Shown here: positions 51,958-59,914 of the stretch, one piece after another
How positions within the stretch are numbered: position 1 is the stretch's first letter
Layout of the letters: every line of letters starts with the position of its first letter
Virus record (IMG/VR): IMGVR_UViG_3300003323_000851
Coordinates: 1-64,000 of that record
DNA: 64,000 bases
Source: a virus
Strand: one strand, 5' to 3'
Notes under the pieces: model-generated
Told to the model about the DNA's origin: nothing
The model's database searches: none
What the model saw: only the letters and a program-made list of their open reading frames with translations
Translations under genes and position numbers: made by a program

Positions 51958-52624
51958 TGAGTGTGGCAGGGTGCGTGAAGTTCTTTTCTTCTCTAAGGAA
52001 AAGCGAGCGTTGAATGGTTATAAGCCAAGATGCAAGGATTGCCTTAATGCTTATTATAGAAAGCGTTACCCCGTCTTTAGGGATAAGAAGCTTAAGGCGG
52101 CCAAGCACTATGCAGATGTTAATAAAGCAGTTATACGAGAGCGAAGGGTTTTTCATAATGTAGACCTGTCGCGGAAGGCCTTAAATAATAAAAACTGGCG
52201 TCTAAGGAACGCAGAGACACTTCGTGTTAAGGCTAACGAATACGAAAAAGGGCGAATAAAAAACAATCCAGATCACAGGTTTAGAAGGAATGTCCGTAAG
52301 CTACTATATAGATTAAGGTGTGATAAAAGAGGTCATACCGCTGATATATTGGGATATTCTATTGCCGACCTTCACAACCATTTCACTCGCTATCCAAAAG
52401 TGGACGAAAGCATAGATCACAAAATTCCTGTAAGTTGGTTCAATAAGGGTACGCCGCCGTGGGTTATTAATCATCTTGATAATCTGCAACTGTTATCCCG
52501 ATCAGAAAACAGTTGCAAAAACAATACGTTTTGCCATCCTGTGACAATCATATATTATCTGATTTGTATTCCTTTCATAAAGCTAAAGTACTCTAACCGA
52601 ATAATTTTTAAACATGGAAAATAA
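51938..52624 (+). CDS. HNH endonuclease
   Basis: CNECG...CKDC zinc finger, then IDHKIPVSWF...NLQLLSRSENSCKNN. Visibly A+T-rich. Confidence 0.75.
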   Translation: MKRKKCNECGRVREVLFFSKEKRALNGYKPRCKDCLNAYYRKRYPVFRDKKLKAAKHYADVNKAVIRERRVFHNVDLSRKALNNKNWRLRNAETLRVKANEYEKGRIKNNPDHRFRRNVRKLLYRLRCDKRGHTADILGYSIADLHNHFTRYPKVDESIDHKIPVSWFNKGTPPWVINHLDNLQLLSRSENSCKNNTFCHPVTIIYYLICIPFIKLKYSNRIIFKHGK

Positions 52625-53126
52625 GACTCATTGGCGTAAGCTGCACAATCCTGACTATATCGGGGCGTACACCCTGATGACCGGCGACAAACCGATTGAT
52701 CTGGTCGTTACGATCAAGTCGGTAGCGGTGCAGGAAGTGAAAGGGGAGGATGGCAAGGGTGAAAGCTGCACCGTGGCCCAACTGGTTGGTCAGAAGCCTT
52801 TCATTATCAACGCAACAAATGCCAAGATGCTCACTAAGATACTGGGCAGCCCTTACATTGAGGACTGGGCGGGTAAGTCTGTGACGCTTTATGTGGCTAA
52901 GATCAAAGCATTCGGCGATACGGTCGATGCGCTTCGAATCAGGCCGCAATTACCGGCGCCAAAGCAATTACCTGATCTCAATCCGCAACACGCCAAGTGG
53001 CAGGGCGCGGTTGATGCACTGAAAGCCGGCAATACAACCCTGGAAGCGATCAAGAAAAATTACACCCTCACCACTCAAAACGAACAGGAACTATGCAGAC
53101 TTTCAAAGTCCGATGCAGTGCAATAA
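52614..53126 (+). CDS. hypothetical protein (recombination-module position)
   Basis: 170-aa ORF between the HNH endonuclease and exonuclease genes. Confidence 0.5.
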   Translation: MENKTHWRKLHNPDYIGAYTLMTGDKPIDLVVTIKSVAVQEVKGEDGKGESCTVAQLVGQKPFIINATNAKMLTKILGSPYIEDWAGKSVTLYVAKIKAFGDTVDALRIRPQLPAPKQLPDLNPQHAKWQGAVDALKAGNTTLEAIKKNYTLTTQNEQELCRLSKSDAVQ

Positions 53127-53791
53127 GTAAGATTATGACTAACCCACGCAGCGGCGGTGGGTTAAGCGAAACTTGTAAGTCTTACCTGGAATCATGGATC
53201 AAGGAACAACCGGAATTTTACAACCGACGCCATGAAATAAAGTCGAAGTACCTTGATAAGGGCACCGACTGCGAAACCGGAAGCATTGAACTGGCCGCCC
53301 GCGTGTACGGCTGGGGGCTGGTCAGCAAGAACACGGAACGAAAGGCTAACGATTACATTGAGGGGGAATGCGACCTTGATCTGGCCGAACTGGTGGCCGA
53401 CATTAAGAATTCATGGTCAGACAAAACATTTCCTTTATTCGACACAGAAGTGCCGGAAAAGGGCTATGATCAGCAACTACAGGGTTATATGGAACTGTGG
53501 GATAAGCCCGCCGCCTCATTAATCTATACGCTGATGGACGCCCCGGAATACCTGGTGGAGCGAGAGGCTAAATCCCGCATGTACGAAATTGGGCTGGATG
53601 AAATACCTATCGAACTGTATGATCAGGTTAAGGCCGAAATGACCTATTCGCACCTGCCCGATAAACTGCGCATCAAGCGGTTCAATATCATACGGGATCG
53701 CAAGTTTATTGAATCGGTGAATAAGCGGGTGGGAGAGTGCCGGAAGTGGATTGCTTCTGTGGTGGACGATTTTAATACTTCGGAATTATGA
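53093..53791 (+). CDS. PD-(D/E)XK-family exonuclease (YqaJ/lambda-Exo-like)
   Basis: GECDL...VADIKNSW (D...D/E.K) and QLQGYMELW. Confidence 0.6.
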   Translation: MQTFKVRCSAISKIMTNPRSGGGLSETCKSYLESWIKEQPEFYNRRHEIKSKYLDKGTDCETGSIELAARVYGWGLVSKNTERKANDYIEGECDLDLAELVADIKNSWSDKTFPLFDTEVPEKGYDQQLQGYMELWDKPAASLIYTLMDAPEYLVEREAKSRMYEIGLDEIPIELYDQVKAEMTYSHLPDKLRIKRFNIIRDRKFIESVNKRVGECRKWIASVVDDFNTSEL

Positions 53792-54204
53792 CCCTCCTCA
53801 CCGCCTTCACCACCCGCCTGAACGCCTCGAACCTGCGTGGTAAGCCCCGCATCATCCAGATGCTGAAGGACGCTATGGCCGACTGCAAGCGGACCACCGA
53901 CTCGCTCGAACGCTACCCGGATGCTATGGTAATCATCGACCGGGTATGCAAGGTATCGGGCCTGACCGATCAGGAGCTACAGGCGCCAGGCAGACAGCGC
54001 CGGTCGTGTATGGCCCGTCAGGTTTGTATGTACCTCATCCGGCAGTGGTATGGTAGCGAAGTGCCGCTGGTCGTTATCGGCGACTGGTTCGGTGGCCGGG
54101 ATCATAGTACGGTGCTGAGTGCGATAAGGACGGTTCGCAGTCTGCTGGCGGCGGGTGATCGGGGTGTGGTGGAGTTGGTTAGGGAGTGTAAACAGGAACC
54201 TTAA
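53788..54204 (+). CDS. DnaA C-terminal-domain (HTH) DNA-binding protein
   Basis: RSCMARQVCMYLIRQWYGSEVPLVVIGDWFGGRDHSTVLSAIRTV matches DnaA domain IV. Confidence 0.7.
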   Translation: MTLLTAFTTRLNASNLRGKPRIIQMLKDAMADCKRTTDSLERYPDAMVIIDRVCKVSGLTDQELQAPGRQRRSCMARQVCMYLIRQWYGSEVPLVVIGDWFGGRDHSTVLSAIRTVRSLLAAGDRGVVELVRECKQEP

Positions 54205-54214
54205 ATAAACAACA

Positions 54215-54493
54215 ATGAAAGACGAAAAACGACTACTGACCGCCGACGAGGCGATAGGGCTGCTGCCGGCACGTGATCGCATTCACACATTTGCGAATCC
54301 CGGCGGTATGTTACTGGGGGCTGATCATGACCGCGAGGGTTTGATTGAAGACTTGCGACGTGAAGGAGCAGTTATTGAGATTGCCGGCGGCACGGCACGG
54401 GGAATGAACCACGGGTTGGTACTATGGCGTGGTAACGATCCGCTTTTTATTGAAACCCACAAAGCCGCTCTGGATCAATTCGACCCGCTATGA
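54215..54493 (+). CDS. hypothetical protein
   Basis: 92-aa ORF. Confidence 0.5.
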   Translation: MKDEKRLLTADEAIGLLPARDRIHTFANPGGMLLGADHDREGLIEDLRREGAVIEIAGGTARGMNHGLVLWRGNDPLFIETHKAALDQFDPL

Positions 54494-54578
54494 CCCCACA
54501 CCGAGCACACAAACTATCTATTCACCTGGCCATCGTCAGCGGGCTGTTGTGCCTGCTGGCGTGGCTGATAAATTATGC

Positions 54579-55028
54579 ATGATGACGAAACACCAAGCAC
54601 TTGCCGAACAGATAAACGGCATCGAATACGGCACCGATCCTGTATGTAAAGAACCCGGACTGGTAGTATTGTATGGCGCTTCTGATGATCTACTGGAGCT
54701 TAATGGCGCTATTTACGATGAACTGGGCGCTTACAATGGAGGCGAATATTACTTATGTAAAAAGAAAAAAGGATGGCAGGCATTGAACGAAGAAGATTTT
54801 GAAGACGATCAGGAAAAAGCGTCCGAATATGATGTCGCTATTCCGCACATAAAGATAAAAATGTCATGGGATGTTGATACGCCCGACGGCCGTTTCTCGT
54901 GGCTCCTGACTACCGACTATCCCCATCACTCTCACTTCGATATCATGGAAGACGGGGAAGTATTCTGCCGTGGCCTTGTTATTGACCTAAATCAATTCAC
55001 GCCGGTATGGGAGGGGCGGAAGGTATGA
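54579..55028 (+). CDS. hypothetical protein
   Basis: Start moved to ATG 54579 (MMTKHQALAEQ). Confidence 0.5.
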   Translation: MMTKHQALAEQINGIEYGTDPVCKEPGLVVLYGASDDLLELNGAIYDELGAYNGGEYYLCKKKKGWQALNEEDFEDDQEKASEYDVAIPHIKIKMSWDVDTPDGRFSWLLTTDYPHHSHFDIMEDGEVFCRGLVIDLNQFTPVWEGRKV

Positions 55029-55189
55029 AAATAATAAACGGATTTCTATTCTGGGCTATGACCATTTCGGGTATATCGTTTTGCATTTATGGTTTATTTC
55101 TTTCGGCGCCTATGTGTTGGGTCATCTGGGGCATTGGTATGGCTCTACTTGGCATTGCCGGCATTATTCTAAACACTTGTGACCTATGA
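55007..55189 (+). CDS. small membrane protein (2 TM segments)
   Basis: FLFWAMTISGISFCIYGLFL and VIWGIGMALLGIAGIIL are hydrophobic spans. Confidence 0.5.
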   Translation: MGGAEGMKIINGFLFWAMTISGISFCIYGLFLSAPMCWVIWGIGMALLGIAGIILNTCDL

Positions 55190-55467
55190 CCCTCCGCGAC
55201 CTCCAATCACTCATTATCGCTTACCAGATCGATACAGCGCGCCTGCGCTCAAAATACCCCGCCCTGACCGAACTATCCTGGCAGATCCCTAACCTTGATC
55301 CCGAACTGATTCTGCAGGCCATGCACCATTACAAAGCGGCATGGTACAGATCCACTAACTGCATGGCGCTGCTGATCTACGATAGTGAAGCAGGTTATAG
55401 CATTGAATGTAGGAGTCGGGAGATGGAAAATGCGGAGATGATGGGGTATTTAAACATGAAGAAATGA
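55186..55467 (+). CDS. hypothetical protein
   Basis: 93-aa ORF overlapping both neighbouring genes by 4 nt. Confidence 0.5.
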   Translation: MTLRDLQSLIIAYQIDTARLRSKYPALTELSWQIPNLDPELILQAMHHYKAAWYRSTNCMALLIYDSEAGYSIECRSREMENAEMMGYLNMKK

Positions 55468-55814
55468 AAGTCACAAACTGGATAGAATACGATGAAGATA
55501 ATATGCCGCCAGAATCAATCGGTTCTATGGGCGGCTGGTTTAATGCGAATAAGTATGATAACCATACATGGAAAGACTACGAGGCAATTTGGCCGCAAGA
55601 TAAGCTGCCTTATGTATTGGCATTGAAGGAAGAAATTCTACGCGAAAAAATTCGTACTACAGGCCAGCAGCATCAGTATTCGGACGGCGGCGTTCCTGTG
55701 TTTGAAGATAATACTATAGCTTTCTTTAGCTACCGTGGATGGGGTGATCTGATGGCTGCTATCTGGAGCGAGGCCGATGGGAAGCGATATTGGTATATGG
55801 ATTTTTATTGCTGA
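55464..55814 (+). CDS. hypothetical protein
   Basis: 116-aa ORF. Confidence 0.5.
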   Translation: MKVTNWIEYDEDNMPPESIGSMGGWFNANKYDNHTWKDYEAIWPQDKLPYVLALKEEILREKIRTTGQQHQYSDGGVPVFEDNTIAFFSYRGWGDLMAAIWSEADGKRYWYMDFYC

Positions 55815-55829
55815 TTAAAAACACATACG

Positions 55830-56051
55830 ATGAGACAATACAAAACCATATCGCAGCTAACTGGCGATCAGAAAGCCCATCTGGCGTGGCGCCTTGATCA
55901 TAAAACCCCATGTGGCTATTTAACGGCTTGTCGAGTATCTCGTGGCGAGAATGGCAACCTTCGCTTAGACGAAGTATTTAAGGCATACGGCAACTGTACG
56001 CCTCATGCTGCTAAGATACATGCTACCAAAGTTGAGAAGTATATCAAGTAG
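55830..56051 (+). CDS. hypothetical protein
   Basis: 73-aa ORF, the last gene of the early-right operon. Confidence 0.5.
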   Translation: MRQYKTISQLTGDQKAHLAWRLDHKTPCGYLTACRVSRGENGNLRLDEVFKAYGNCTPHAAKIHATKVEKYIK

Positions 56052-56068
56052 GGTTATCCATATGCCCC

Positions 56069-56091
56069 GCCCGCTACACAGCGGGCTTTTT
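56069..56091 (+). terminator. intrinsic terminator at the convergence point
   Basis: GCCCGC/GCGGGC stem followed by a T5 run. It overlaps the last codons of the sigma gene. Confidence 0.65.
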
Positions 56092-56553
56092 CATGCCCAG
56101 TAGTTGCTGCAGGATTCCTATAGCCTTCGTCTTTTGATTTCTGGCCGTTTGTTCACTTATTTTCAGCGAGTTTGTAATTTGCCTGGTAGTAAACCCCTTC
56201 AGATACATTTCAAATACCTCCCGGCACCGCAGCGGCAGTTGGGGTAGCCTTTTGTGCAGTTCGGTAATGTACTCTGTGTACATCATGTTGTAATCATCAG
56301 CCTCGTTCTGATCGGGCGGCGGTATTTGCTCGTGGATGCGCCGGTGTATGCCTATAGATCTCAGGTGATCATAGCAAGCATTGCGACAGGTTACGTATAG
56401 GAACGCCTTGGGGTTATCGTGATGCCTTGCATTGTATAGCTTAATAAAGGTCTCTTCCACTATGTCCTCGGCTACATCCTGTTGACCGACTACCCGGCAG
56501 CAGTAGAAGTATAGCGGCTTGTAATAAGCATCCCACCACGGTTTAATATCCAT
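56074..56553 (-). CDS. ECF-type sigma-70 family sigma factor
   Basis: Region 2 DVAEDIVEETFIKLY. Region 4 LPLRCREVFEMYLKGFTTRQITNSLKISEQTARNQKTKAI. Confidence 0.8.
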   Translation of the reverse strand: MDIKPWWDAYYKPLYFYCCRVVGQQDVAEDIVEETFIKLYNARHHDNPKAFLYVTCRNACYDHLRSIGIHRRIHEQIPPPDQNEADDYNMMYTEYITELHKRLPQLPLRCREVFEMYLKGFTTRQITNSLKISEQTARNQKTKAIGILQQLLGMKKPAV

Positions 56554-56635
56554 ACAGATAGGTTTTAAAGCGAAAGCCCTACGTGGATACGCAGGGCCTG
56601 AAAAACCGATTCCATGAAAAAAGACCCGTTAAGTC

Positions 56636-56699
56636 TGGTCGGAAGGACAGGATTCGAACCTGAAGAAGCTGACCCGGAACCATGGATGGCCACCTTCCG
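56636..56699 (-). ncRNA. truncated tRNA-like RNA (64 nt) with encoded CCA
   Basis: Minus strand: CGGAAGG...(T)CAGG-TTCGAAT-CCTG(T)-CCTTCCG-A-CCA. It has a 7-bp acceptor stem and a T-arm, but only 27 nt where the D and anticodon arms should be. A T6 run follows. Confidence 0.45.
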
Positions 56700-56707
56700 A
56701 TAAGAGG

Positions 56708-56845
56708 CCCATGTAGAAACACAGGCCGTACTAATCAAAAAAACGTTTAGCCATTTTACCGATTCCGGTAAAACAGGGCCCCGCATTCTACGCCCCAGAG
56801 CCGTCAGGGCGGTGTCTAAAAACAGATCCCATGTAGAGACACAGG
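56708..56845 (-). repeat. two copies of an 18-nt direct repeat, 120 nt apart
   Basis: Plus strand CCCATGTAGA(A/G)ACACAGG at 56708-56725 and 56828-56845. It forms a hairpin with G-U pairs only as minus-strand RNA. A perfect 8-bp hairpin, TTTTACCG-loop-CGGTAAAA, lies at 56754-56773. Confidence 0.6.
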
Positions 56846-56892
56846 ACGCGGTACCGACACGAGCAACCATTTAAACCTTGCTCTATCCTATG

Positions 56893-56928
56893 AAAAAAGG
56901 CCCTCTACTTTCAACTGCTGCGAGGGCC
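56893..56928 (-). terminator. intrinsic terminator after the 122-nt tRNA-like gene
   Basis: GGCCCTC/GAGGGCC 7-bp stem followed by a T6 run on the minus strand. Confidence 0.7.
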
Positions 56929-56950
56929 AGACAGCAGTTATGTTGATTTG

Positions 56951-57072
56951 TCGGGATGGCAGGACTCGAACCTGCAAAAACGATGTATGGATTTATGCTG
57001 CCATGTCAAGTCTCCGAATCGAACGGTTTGCTACCTCGGTCATCGCTTGTCTACCAATTCCAACACATCCCG
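56951..57072 (-). tRNA. tRNA-like gene, non-canonical length (122 nt), tRNA-Leu-like D-arm, no encoded CCA
   Basis: Minus strand: acceptor CGGGATG/CATCCCG (7 bp). D-arm TTG-GAATTGGTAGA-CAA. T-arm GCAGG-TTCGAGT-CCTGC. A 5-bp stem CGATG/CATCG sits at the anticodon-stem position but encloses 55 nt instead of 7. Confidence 0.5.
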
Positions 57073-57073
57073 G

Positions 57074-57099
57074 TTAAAAGCACCCGTAGAAACGGGCGC
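57074..57099 (-). terminator. hairpin plus T-run just upstream of the tRNA-like gene
   Basis: The minus strand reads GCGCCCGT-TTCT-ACGGGTGC followed by TTTTAA. Confidence 0.45.
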
Positions 57100-57395
57100 T
57101 GTGATTGAACCTTATCCTTTTTTTAAAACACAAGCGGCGGCTACAGTGTCGAACTGCCACGGCTCAACCGGGCCGCCAAAGTACGGGTTAAAAAATATCG
57201 GTTGGATCACGCTGCTGAACCGGCCCACACAACCACTGGCCGATGCGGTAGATCCAGTAGTCTCGCCGTAAGTATTTACTCTTGATCATCGGGATCGGGG
57301 TTTGCATCCTGCTTGGACGCCATGATCCAGCAGAACAGGGTTACTAAAGTTAAGACAATAATCATATCACACGGTTTAAAGCCGTGGATCAGAGG

Positions 57396-57665
57396 TTAGG
57401 CTTTATTATTCTGTCTCTCACCGCACCAAGGGCAATAATTATGCATAAGCGATATTCTTTTATTAATCGACTTCATTAATGTACCATCTTTCTTTCGACG
57501 CTTCAATTTATACTCCAACTCATTATAACTGGCAACTCTTATCGGCGTCGAAAATATAATACCTGTGTTAGATATCTCAACATCATCACCAATCACATCA
57601 TTGGGATGATTCTCTCTAAGCTTAGTGAGACTTTTATCTTTTAGTTCTTTTATACAATTACACAT
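57396..57665 (-). CDS. small zinc-ribbon protein
   Basis: CNC at the N-terminus and CPWC at the C-terminus. A+T-rich. Confidence 0.5.
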   Translation of the reverse strand: MCNCIKELKDKSLTKLRENHPNDVIGDDVEISNTGIIFSTPIRVASYNELEYKLKRRKKDGTLMKSINKRISLMHNYCPWCGERQNNKA

Positions 57666-58020
57666 GATTGCATATTTGTTGGTTAATCAATTCGTTGTGA
57701 ATAGACTCGAAGATTTCTGTGGCCGCCTCTGCCCGTCCCATTGCCTTCAACTCTTCGTCTCCAGACGAGACGGATAGTTGCGCACCATACTTCTCCATTT
57801 TCTGCTTCAGGATGGTTTCGACGCGGAATAGGGGCGTCATTACCCGTTTATTCAGATCAGCCCAATAGTCTATACCTTCAGCCGAATAGCCCCAATCAAA
57901 CGCCCAATAAATTGCCTGTTGTAGCGTTGCAACTACTTGGTTGGGCCTTACACAATTCTTCACCGCTTGACTACGATACGGTTCGGGCAGGGACTGGAGC
58001 CAGGTGAGGATGGGTTTCAT
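57658..58020 (-). CDS. hypothetical protein
   Basis: 120-aa ORF. Confidence 0.5.
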   Translation of the reverse strand: MKPILTWLQSLPEPYRSQAVKNCVRPNQVVATLQQAIYWAFDWGYSAEGIDYWADLNKRVMTPLFRVETILKQKMEKYGAQLSVSSGDEELKAMGRAEAATEIFESIHNELINQQICNHV

Positions 58021-58199
58021 GGTTGTTTAGGTTTGATGTGGAAGATGGCGACGGTTTCAAGACAGGGAGCCAAAGTGTACCAATAGTAAAAAGAAATAAC
58101 GCCCCCAAATCTCTCTTGTGTAATAAAATTAGGCAACCTGTCAGGTGCTGGGCCGTAATGAACTCTTAACTGGTCATTAACTGCAAGTATAAACGCCAT
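58017..58199 (-). CDS. hypothetical protein
   Basis: 60-aa ORF overlapping the downstream gene by 4 nt. Confidence 0.4.
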   Translation of the reverse strand: MAFILAVNDQLRVHYGPAPDRLPNFITQERFGGVISFYYWYTLAPCLETVAIFHIKPKQP

Positions 58200-58250
58200 A
58201 CAATCTTAATTTAAGGGCCAGCCGAGACCGGCCCTGTGAGGAATGGGAGC

Positions 58251-58607
58251 CTAAACCAGAATATTTTGTCGAAGGTTTTTAACCGCTGCCGTTGGGTCTG
58301 TACCAAATCCGGATGGGCTTTCCTGAAGATTAACAAAGTCGTCAAGGTGTGCGCACCATAAATGGCCATCTTCTTTCACAACGATATTTGTATTCCACCA
58401 ATCTGGTGCAGCCCCGACGTTAGGGGCAGGATTATTGGCTGATCTAAAACAACGATAATCTAAACAACGCCATCCGCCCCCATAATCGAAACAGGGCGAA
58501 CCACAGTCAGGGCATGGCCCCAGATATTTATGCCATTCGTTATAGCCGGGCATTTTTTCTCCAAACTGCCAGCTAAATTTACCCGTGGGATTATAAGTCG
58601 TATTCAT
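58251..58607 (-). CDS. Cys/Trp-rich hypothetical protein
   Basis: CPDCGSPCFDYGGGWRCLDYRC. Confidence 0.5.
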   Translation of the reverse strand: MNTTYNPTGKFSWQFGEKMPGYNEWHKYLGPCPDCGSPCFDYGGGWRCLDYRCFRSANNPAPNVGAAPDWWNTNIVVKEDGHLWCAHLDDFVNLQESPSGFGTDPTAAVKNLRQNILV

Positions 58608-58679
58608 GATGTTATATTTTTTTTAAACAATCCCCTACGCTGGGCGAACCATGCCGGGGTGAAGTTGATCGTACGAAAA

Positions 58680-58958
58680 TTATTTTGTCAGCGGCAACCC
58701 TTGACATTGCTGATACTCATTAGTATAATGCACATAAATACGCCGAGCTTGCAGGTATTTCATGGTAGCTTTGGCATTAAAGATGTTACCATTGTTTAGA
58801 ATGTGCTTCATCTTCTCGTAATAGAAACGCCCCTTATCTTCTGCAAACGAGCGGCGGCTGTGCGCCTCTTTCCTGACCGGCTGCAACATCATCACTCTCT
58901 CACACGCCTTCTTCGCCTGCTCTGCTGTGAGGGTGGTTTGACCGGTTTTGTTGCTCAT
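58680..58958 (-). CDS. hypothetical protein tightly coupled to the RHH gene
   Basis: 92 aa. Its start lies 1 nt after the RHH gene stop. Confidence 0.5.
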   Translation of the reverse strand: MSNKTGQTTLTAEQAKKACERVMMLQPVRKEAHSRRSFAEDKGRFYYEKMKHILNNGNIFNAKATMKYLQARRIYVHYTNEYQQCQGLPLTK

Positions 58959-58959
58959 A

Positions 58960-59121
58960 TTATGCGGTTTTAATGCGTGCCTTATTGATACGACTACGCA
59001 GGGTCTTTTCTACAAATTCAGAAATAGGTGTTTCATGTTGCGCGCAGAACGCCTTCAATTCCTTGTGCAATTCCTTGCTAACCTTTAGCGATTTGATCTC
59101 TTTTTGTTTGCCGTTGCTCAT
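58960..59121 (-). CDS. ribbon-helix-helix (Arc/CopG-like) DNA-binding protein
   Basis: 53 aa, read by hand: MSNGKQKEIKSLKVSKELHKELKAFCAQHETPISEFVEKTLRSRINKARIKTA. Confidence 0.65.
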   Translation of the reverse strand: MSNGKQKEIKSLKVSKELHKELKAFCAQHETPISEFVEKTLRSRINKARIKTA

Positions 59122-59135
59122 GATGTAAACCTACG

Positions 59136-59179
59136 GTAGATTATTCTACTTTCCAAATATTTTACGTAGAATTTTCTAC
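59136..59179. promoter_or_regulatory. two 14-bp palindromic operators GTAGAwwwwTCTAC, 30 bp apart centre to centre
   Basis: GTAGATTATTCTAC at 59136-59149 and GTAGAATTTTCTAC at 59166-59179. A third CGTAGA half-site lies at 59213-59218. Confidence 0.65.
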
Positions 59180-59197
59180 TTCTTGATTTACGTCAAC

Positions 59198-59230
59198 AAA
59201 AAATCCCGGCACCGTAGAAACGATCCGGGA
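59198..59230 (-). terminator. intrinsic terminator after the endolysin gene
   Basis: TCCCGG/CCGGGA stem followed by a T6 run on the minus strand. Confidence 0.6.
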
Positions 59231-59257
59231 TATAACGTACCCTTACCTAAGAAAGCG

Positions 59258-59635
59258 TTACCACCTCGCTTTAGTTCCCCGGACGTCGGTATGTACGAAA
59301 CCAGGGTAAATTCCCAAGCCACCTTGCTTCATGGCGCCCGACGCAATAAGTTTCTCAATGATAGCGGCGAGCTGCTTAGGTGTCTTGCTTTTGCAGGTAA
59401 TATCTGCCGCCTGTGCCAGCATGTGCTTGCTTGCTGATTTTCCTCCTACCTTCTTATTGTAGGCTGGTGAGCGGTAGCCGCTGTTGACGTGGATCGGTTC
59501 GCCCAGATAGTCCCGCAGGACCTGGAGGTTTGCGGCCAATGCTTTGATGTTCGCCATGTACATATTTGGTACTGGCGTGCCGTCGTGACAGGCAAATTCT
59601 TCGAGTGTGAAATTGGGGGTGAGTTGTGTTGGCAT
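59258..59635 (-). CDS. endolysin, peptidase M15 family (zinc D-Ala-D-Ala / L-Ala-D-Glu peptidase fold)
   Basis: VNSGYRSPAYN, SKHMLAQAADI and GFVHTDVR are the M15 metal-binding blocks. Confidence 0.85.
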   Translation of the reverse strand: MPTQLTPNFTLEEFACHDGTPVPNMYMANIKALAANLQVLRDYLGEPIHVNSGYRSPAYNKKVGGKSASKHMLAQAADITCKSKTPKQLAAIIEKLIASGAMKQGGLGIYPGFVHTDVRGTKARW

Positions 59636-59638
59636 ATG

Positions 59639-59914
59639 TTATGTGTGTTTTAATCGTCCAAATACAGATTCCTGAACAGCTGTAATGCCGGCGCTGCTCA
59701 AAGCCGGGGAAAACGCCTCTGCATCCCAAGCCCGTCCCGGAAAGTCTTTGAGCAGGTAACACAGATCACCTTGGTATTCTACTACCGTTCCTTCATATAC
59801 CACTATGTCACCGTATAGCGGCCCATTGACTTCTGATGGTCTGGGTCCCAGGAACATGAAGGCGTTGTCTTTGTCCAGATACCAGCCGTTTTTATTAATG
59901 CAAACAAGATACAT
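59639..59914 (-). CDS. hypothetical protein
   Basis: 91-aa ORF. Confidence 0.5.
   Translation of the reverse strand: MYLVCINKNGWYLDKDNAFMFLGPRPSEVNGPLYGDIVVYEGTVVEYQGDLCYLLKDFPGRAWDAEAFSPALSSAGITAVQESVFGRLKHT

Noticed and set aside
50252-52156. Minus-strand ORFs 50252..50701, 50466..50939, 50968..51729 and 51773..52156
   Set aside because: They are antisense to the plus-strand operon, whose products carry P-loop, zinc-finger and HNH motifs.
56708-56845. Mini CRISPR array
   Set aside because: There are only two 18-nt copies, 120 nt apart, with no cas genes. The spacing and repeat length are wrong for CRISPR.
56565-57271. ORFs 56565..56870 (minus strand) and 56948..57271 (plus strand) as protein-coding genes
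   Set aside because: They run through tRNA-like elements, terminator hairpins and the 18-nt direct repeat. The repeated peptide (CVSTW) is simply the repeat translated.
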